From Clostridia bacterium (GTDB lineage Bacteria > Bacillota > Clostridia > Oscillospirales > CAG-272): DNA of 44,749 nucleotides. The notes under the pieces are model-generated. The model was given only the letters and a program-made list of their open reading frames with translations. It was not told the DNA's origin and did not search any database. Position numbers and translations under genes: made by a program. This document shows, in pieces, positions 40,761 through 44,749 of this stretch. Every line of letters begins with the position of its first letter. Positions within the stretch are counted from its first letter, which is position 1. The DNA lies in contig JAFTOT010000095.1 of the NCBI GenBank assembly GCA_017463665.1, positions 1-44,749 on the forward strand, given 5' to 3'.

Positions 40761-40868
40761 ATGAAACGAGGGCTTACGGCGTCTTGCTTGCTTTGCTTAT
40801 TTGGCATATGCTTGTCGGTGCCCGCGTTTGCCGCAGTACATATGCTGTTCACGATACCGTTAAGATAA
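40761..40868 (+). pseudogene. Truncated secreted protein (signal peptide only)
   Basis: RBS AAGGAG; MKRGLTASCLLCLFGICLSVPAFAA is a Sec signal with an A-F-A site; the frame then runs into antisense sigma remnant and stops. Confidence 0.6.
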
Positions 40869-40963
40869 AGAATCAAATCGTCTCTGTAATCCCTTACGAT
40901 TTCCGCTAAGCCTTTGTCATCACCATCAAGGAAACGGCGGTAGCTACTTGCACCGTTGTCCAT
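40830..40963 (-). pseudogene. 5' remnant of an ECF RNA polymerase sigma factor
   Basis: RBS AAAGGAG; MDNGASSYRRFLDGDDKGLAEIVRDYRDDLILYLNGIVNSICTA resembles the start of ECF region 2; similarity ends where AE-D/E would follow. Confidence 0.7.
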
Positions 40964-41007
40964 TGACTTACTCCTTTCCGAAAGGTTCTTTTTGCCCTTT
41001 CACTTAT

Positions 41008-41035
41008 TAAACGGATGAGAGCACAAAAGGTCTCA
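41008..41035 (-). promoter_or_regulatory. ECF-type (autoregulatory) promoter
   Basis: TGAGAC-16 bp-CGTTTA on the minus strand, like TGAAAC-N16-CGT ECF promoters. Confidence 0.5.
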
Positions 41036-41075
41036 CTATTTTTGAAAAATTACAAAATGTATTATACCAAAAATA

Positions 41076-41112
41076 TCAAAGGCACCGCAATTATAAGTTG
41101 CGATGCCTTTGA
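41076..41112. terminator. Terminator-like hairpin
   Basis: TCAAAGGCACCGCAA-TTATAAG-TTGCGATGCCTTTGA. Confidence 0.55.
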
Positions 41113-41349
41113 CACTGTTATTTTGTTTATCCTATTCGGTTTTCGTTTTCTCCGTTAAGGACATCCCGCTTTATATGCAGGGCTTTTACTATGCGTGTGT
41201 ATTGCCGCAGGAAGAGGCGGAATCGTTCTATACCGGATTCGGTCGCCGCGAATAAGGTATAGGAAATAAAAACAAATTTTGTATTGATTCGAAACCGAAA
41301 GTGTACTATACTATACATAAAGTTACAGTGGTTAAAAGAGGGGACATCC

Positions 41350-43197
41350 ATGGATAAGCACGAGATACTCCGACGTTATTTCGGATATACCGAGTTTCGG
41401 CGCGGACAAGCCGAGCTGATAGATGCACAGCTTGCAGGCAAAGATGTATTTGGGATCATGCCCACAGGCGGCGGAAAAAGTCTTTGCTATCAGATCCCCG
41501 CACTTTTGATGGATGGAATCACCCTCGTGGTTTCGCCGCTCATATCTTTGATGAAGGATCAGGTCGCGGCGCTGAAAAACGCGGGTATTGCGGCAGCGTA
41601 CATCAATTCGTCTCTGACCTATGAGCAGATACAGCTTGTCTATAAAAATATGCTTGTCGGCAAGTATAAGATCATTTATATCGCACCCGAAAGACTGCTG
41701 ACAGATGGCTTTCTTGAAACGGTGCAGTACCTCAGAATTGCAATGGTTGCCGTGGATGAAGCACATTGTATTTCCCAATGGGGACAGGATTTTCGTCCGA
41801 GCTATTTAAAGATCGTCGATTTCTTAAAAGAGCTGGAATACAGACCGATCGTTTCCGCTTTTACCGCCACCGCAACACAGCAGGTGCGCGAAGATGTACA
41901 GCGGATATTGGAGCTTGCAGCGCCGCTTTGCGTCGTTACGGGATTTGACCGACCGAATCTTCGGTTTGAAGTCATGCGCCCGAAGAATAAGCCTGCGGCG
42001 CTTTTGGAACTGGTGTCGGAGCGCCGCGGCAAAAGCGGTATTGTATACTGCGCAACGCGCAAAGATGTGGAAAAGGTTTGCGAGCTTTTGCAGCGTCAAG
42101 GATATGCGGCAACCCGATATCACGCGGGTCTGCCCGAGGTGGAGCGACACGCAAACCAGGACGATTTCGTTTACGACAAATACGACATTATGGTCGCGAC
42201 CAATGCTTTCGGCATGGGAATCGATAAGTCCAACGTGGCGTATGTACTGCATTATAATATGCCGAAAAGTATGGAGGCGTATTATCAGGAGGCAGGGCGC
42301 GCGGGCAGAGACGGAGAGGGCGCGGAATGTATCCTGCTGTATTCTGCTGGCGATGTGCAGACGGCAAAATTCCTGATACAGCATACATCCGAAAATGAGG
42401 AACTGTCCGACAAACAGCGGCAGGCGGTTATCGAGCAGGATATGGCACGGCTCGATAAAATGATCGGCTATTGTAAGACCGATCGGTGTCTGCGCGGATA
42501 TATTCTGGATTATTTCGGCGAGCCGCACGCTGTTTCTTGCGGAAACTGCGCAAACTGTGAGACTGCCGTGGAACGGGATATCACTACGGAGGCAAAGATG
42601 ATTTTGTCGTGTGTGCGTCGGATGCACGATTATCTCGGATATTCACTCGGTGTTACATCTGTTGTGCGTGTATTGCACGGCAGCAGTGAAAAGCGCATTA
42701 TGCAGTTGGGACTGAACACCCTCTCTACGTACGGTCTTATGCAAAATGCCGCTCGTGATTGGATCGGGGATATGATAGAGTGCCTGGAAATGCAGGGGTA
42801 TTTGCATATTGATACCGCGCACGGCGGGGTTGCGCTTACCCAGCGCGCAGGAGCAATCCTTTTTCACGGCGAGACCGTAAAAATGCGGGTGCATGCAAAG
42901 CCCCAAAACAAGAAGAAACACACTTCGGATGTTCCTGCAAGCACTCCGGATGCAGACCTTCTTTTTGCCCTCAAAAATCTTCGTCTGCAGTTCGCAAGAG
43001 CGGAAAATGTGCCTGCCTATATCGTATTTTCCAATGCCGCATTGCAGGATATGGCAGCCAAGCGCCCCGTGACAATCGAAGATTTTCTCTCGGTTTCGGG
43101 CGTAGGCAAACATAAGGCCGATCGTTACGGCGAAGCGTTTGTTGCGGAGATTAAAAGGTACATAGTCAAGCAGGAGACGGATAAGGACATTGGATGA
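41350..43197 (+). CDS. recQ: ATP-dependent DNA helicase RecQ
   Basis: MPTGGGKSLCYQ, VDEAHCISQWG.DFRP.Y, QEAGRAGRDG, RQC Zn motif C..CGNCANC, C-terminal HRDC. Confidence 0.96.
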   Translation: MDKHEILRRYFGYTEFRRGQAELIDAQLAGKDVFGIMPTGGGKSLCYQIPALLMDGITLVVSPLISLMKDQVAALKNAGIAAAYINSSLTYEQIQLVYKNMLVGKYKIIYIAPERLLTDGFLETVQYLRIAMVAVDEAHCISQWGQDFRPSYLKIVDFLKELEYRPIVSAFTATATQQVREDVQRILELAAPLCVVTGFDRPNLRFEVMRPKNKPAALLELVSERRGKSGIVYCATRKDVEKVCELLQRQGYAATRYHAGLPEVERHANQDDFVYDKYDIMVATNAFGMGIDKSNVAYVLHYNMPKSMEAYYQEAGRAGRDGEGAECILLYSAGDVQTAKFLIQHTSENEELSDKQRQAVIEQDMARLDKMIGYCKTDRCLRGYILDYFGEPHAVSCGNCANCETAVERDITTEAKMILSCVRRMHDYLGYSLGVTSVVRVLHGSSEKRIMQLGLNTLSTYGLMQNAARDWIGDMIECLEMQGYLHIDTAHGGVALTQRAGAILFHGETVKMRVHAKPQNKKKHTSDVPASTPDADLLFALKNLRLQFARAENVPAYIVFSNAALQDMAAKRPVTIEDFLSVSGVGKHKADRYGEAFVAEIKRYIVKQETDKDIG

Positions 43198-43309
43198 GCA
43201 TAAAAGGCTGCGGTCGGCAGTGCAGCAATGAGATGCAGATGTATATAAAAGTCAAGTAAAACTTCGCACATCGGCGGTTGAATTTTATATAAAAAATATA
43301 ATAAAAGTA

Positions 43310-43340
43310 TTGACACTGACGTAACGTTATACCTTATACT
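43310..43340 (+). promoter_or_regulatory. MerR-type promoter with 19-bp spacer and dyad operator
   Basis: TTGACA(43310)-19 bp-TATACT(43335); spacer contains the dyad TGACGT-A-ACGTTA. Confidence 0.85.
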
Positions 43341-43361
43341 TTGTAGAAGAGAGGTGATTTT

Positions 43362-44099
43362 ATGAAAATGCATATCAAAGAATTCGCCGAGCTCACCGGG
43401 GTCAGCGTGCGCACACTGCATTATTACGATGAGATAGGGCTATTAAAGCCCGCATCTGTCGAGGAGCATAACGGTTATCGCTTTTACGACGAAAAATCCG
43501 TTGAGCGCATGCAAGAAATACTTTTCTACCGTGAACTTGACTTTGAACTCAAAAGCATTTCAGAAATTCTGTCCTCGCCAAATTATGATAAAAGGCAGGC
43601 GCTTTCCGATCAGAAAAGGCTTTTGATACTCAAAAAGGAACGGCTTGAAAGACTGATCGGCGCCATTGATCTTGCCGAGAAAGGAACCGTTACAATGAAC
43701 GCATTTGACAATACCGATTATGAAACCGCCCGTAAGCAATACGAAGCTGAGGCTAAACAAAAATGGGGCGATACCGACGCTTATAAAGAGCATGAAAAGA
43801 AAACCGCAGGCTACACAAAAGACAAATGGCAGCAGGTAAACGATGCATTAAACGCTGTCCTTGCCAAATTCGGTGAGCGTAAGAACGACGGATACACTCC
43901 CGACGCATCCGAGATTCAGGCACTTGTCAAAGAATTGCAAAACCATATAACCGAAAATTACTACACCTGCACCGATCAGATCCTTGCATGCCTGGGGCAA
44001 ATGTATGTTGCCGATGAACGTTTTAAAAACAATATCGACAAAAATGCCTCGGGCACTGCTGAATTTGTTGCAAAAGCAATAGAAATTTACTGTAAATAA
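43362..44099 (+). CDS. MerR-family regulator with TipAS domain (TipA/Mta-like)
   Basis: GVSVRTLHYYDEIGLLKP, LFYRELDF.L..I; C-terminal Y..EA..KWG.T...LGQMYVADERF. Confidence 0.93.
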   Translation: MKMHIKEFAELTGVSVRTLHYYDEIGLLKPASVEEHNGYRFYDEKSVERMQEILFYRELDFELKSISEILSSPNYDKRQALSDQKRLLILKKERLERLIGAIDLAEKGTVTMNAFDNTDYETARKQYEAEAKQKWGDTDAYKEHEKKTAGYTKDKWQQVNDALNAVLAKFGERKNDGYTPDASEIQALVKELQNHITENYYTCTDQILACLGQMYVADERFKNNIDKNASGTAEFVAKAIEIYCK

Positions 44100-44100
44100 C

Positions 44101-44135
44101 GAAAACCCGATGCGCTGAAAAGTCATCGGGTTTTC
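44101..44135. terminator. Bidirectional terminator
   Basis: GAAAACCCGATG...CATCGGGTTTTC between convergent genes. Confidence 0.8.
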
Positions 44136-44153
44136 TATTGCAAGCCAAGAGCG

Positions 44154-44684
44154 TTATCCGTTCAATCCGTATGTCCCCGTAAGTGGGTCTTGGAACAGCG
44201 GTATTTGCGGTGTGGCAAAAGTAAATACCACAAACGACATTCCGATCAAGCAGATTACCGCAAATGCAAGCCACGATCTCTTGCACCGCAGACGATCCTT
44301 TTGGAAAAGCCGTGTTTCTAAAAGAAACGCCACCGCCGCCGACACGAAGAAGATCGCAATGTTGACCCAGTCGGGAGATTTGCCAAATACGCCGTTGTAG
44401 GTGTAAAACAGGACGGGGATCAATACGAGTCCTGTCGCGATGCCTGCGAGCTTCACACACCAAAAGTTTTCGCTGTCTTTGAAAAATCGGCTCTGTATCA
44501 AAGCAAAAATAAACAGCGGAAAGAACAGCAGCTTCATGTGCTCCCAGGTGGATTCGTTCACGCCGGAAAACGGAGCAATCAGGATGCTTTGATCCATCCA
44601 GTCGTACAGAAAATGCAGCAGCGTTCCACCAAGCGTCGTCGCAGCAAAGCCCACAAATTGCCAAAGTGATAAATCTCGTTTCAT
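44154..44684 (-). CDS. Conserved membrane protein (DUF6512-like)
   Basis: GTLLHFLYDW, VNESTWEHMKL, P.IPLF.DP motifs; about five TMs. Confidence 0.8.
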   Translation of the reverse strand: MKRDLSLWQFVGFAATTLGGTLLHFLYDWMDQSILIAPFSGVNESTWEHMKLLFFPLFIFALIQSRFFKDSENFWCVKLAGIATGLVLIPVLFYTYNGVFGKSPDWVNIAIFFVSAAVAFLLETRLFQKDRLRCKRSWLAFAVICLIGMSFVVFTFATPQIPLFQDPLTGTYGLNG

Positions 44685-44749
44685 ATACTCGCCTTCTGTA
44701 ATGCGTGATATGATATAGTATGCAGCAAAGTCATGAAAAAGAACAGGGA

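Noticed and set aside
41109-41255. Possible 3' gene fragment KDIPLYMQGFYYACVLPQEEAESFYTGFGRRE*
   Set aside because: It is short, has no convincing RBS or recognisable family, and cannot be supported without a search.

Overview
Chromosomal window from an anaerobic Firmicute, probably Clostridia (inferred from sigma-A promoters, a T-box, GGAGG RBSs and Rnf/PTS content); most genes are on the + strand. In order: (1) a complete rnfCDGEAB operon with a two-domain RnfG, followed by a NusG-II/DUF1312 protein, a Gx transporter, a two-repeat FMN-binding-type lipoprotein with atypical AGCT motifs, and ApbE; (2) a P-loop kinase and an AraC-GyrI regulator; (3) a Trp T-box leading a deletion-reduced trp operon (trpD stub, trpF, trpB, trpA); (4) a C26 amidotransferase; (5) a RAT/antiterminator-controlled glucose-family PTS operon with ptsH and ptsI; (6) def, two GNATs (one frameshifted), pcrA, a lipase, DUF1836, NfeD-flotillin, mtnN and YyaL; (7) a GEMM-I cyclic-dinucleotide riboswitch (A20 variant) leading a VTC-DUF4956-CotH-glycoside hydrolase-HEAT-GT2-DivIVA-like operon, which ends at a deletion junction with an ECF sigma remnant; (8) recQ, a TipA-like MerR regulator and a membrane protein. 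GTAG- and CGTC-type palindromic repeats occupy several intergenic spaces. The best candidates for an undescribed system are the riboswitch-controlled putative phospho-exopolysaccharide operon and the Rnf-linked extracytosolic flavoprotein module. All family calls come from motif recognition by eye; no searches were run.
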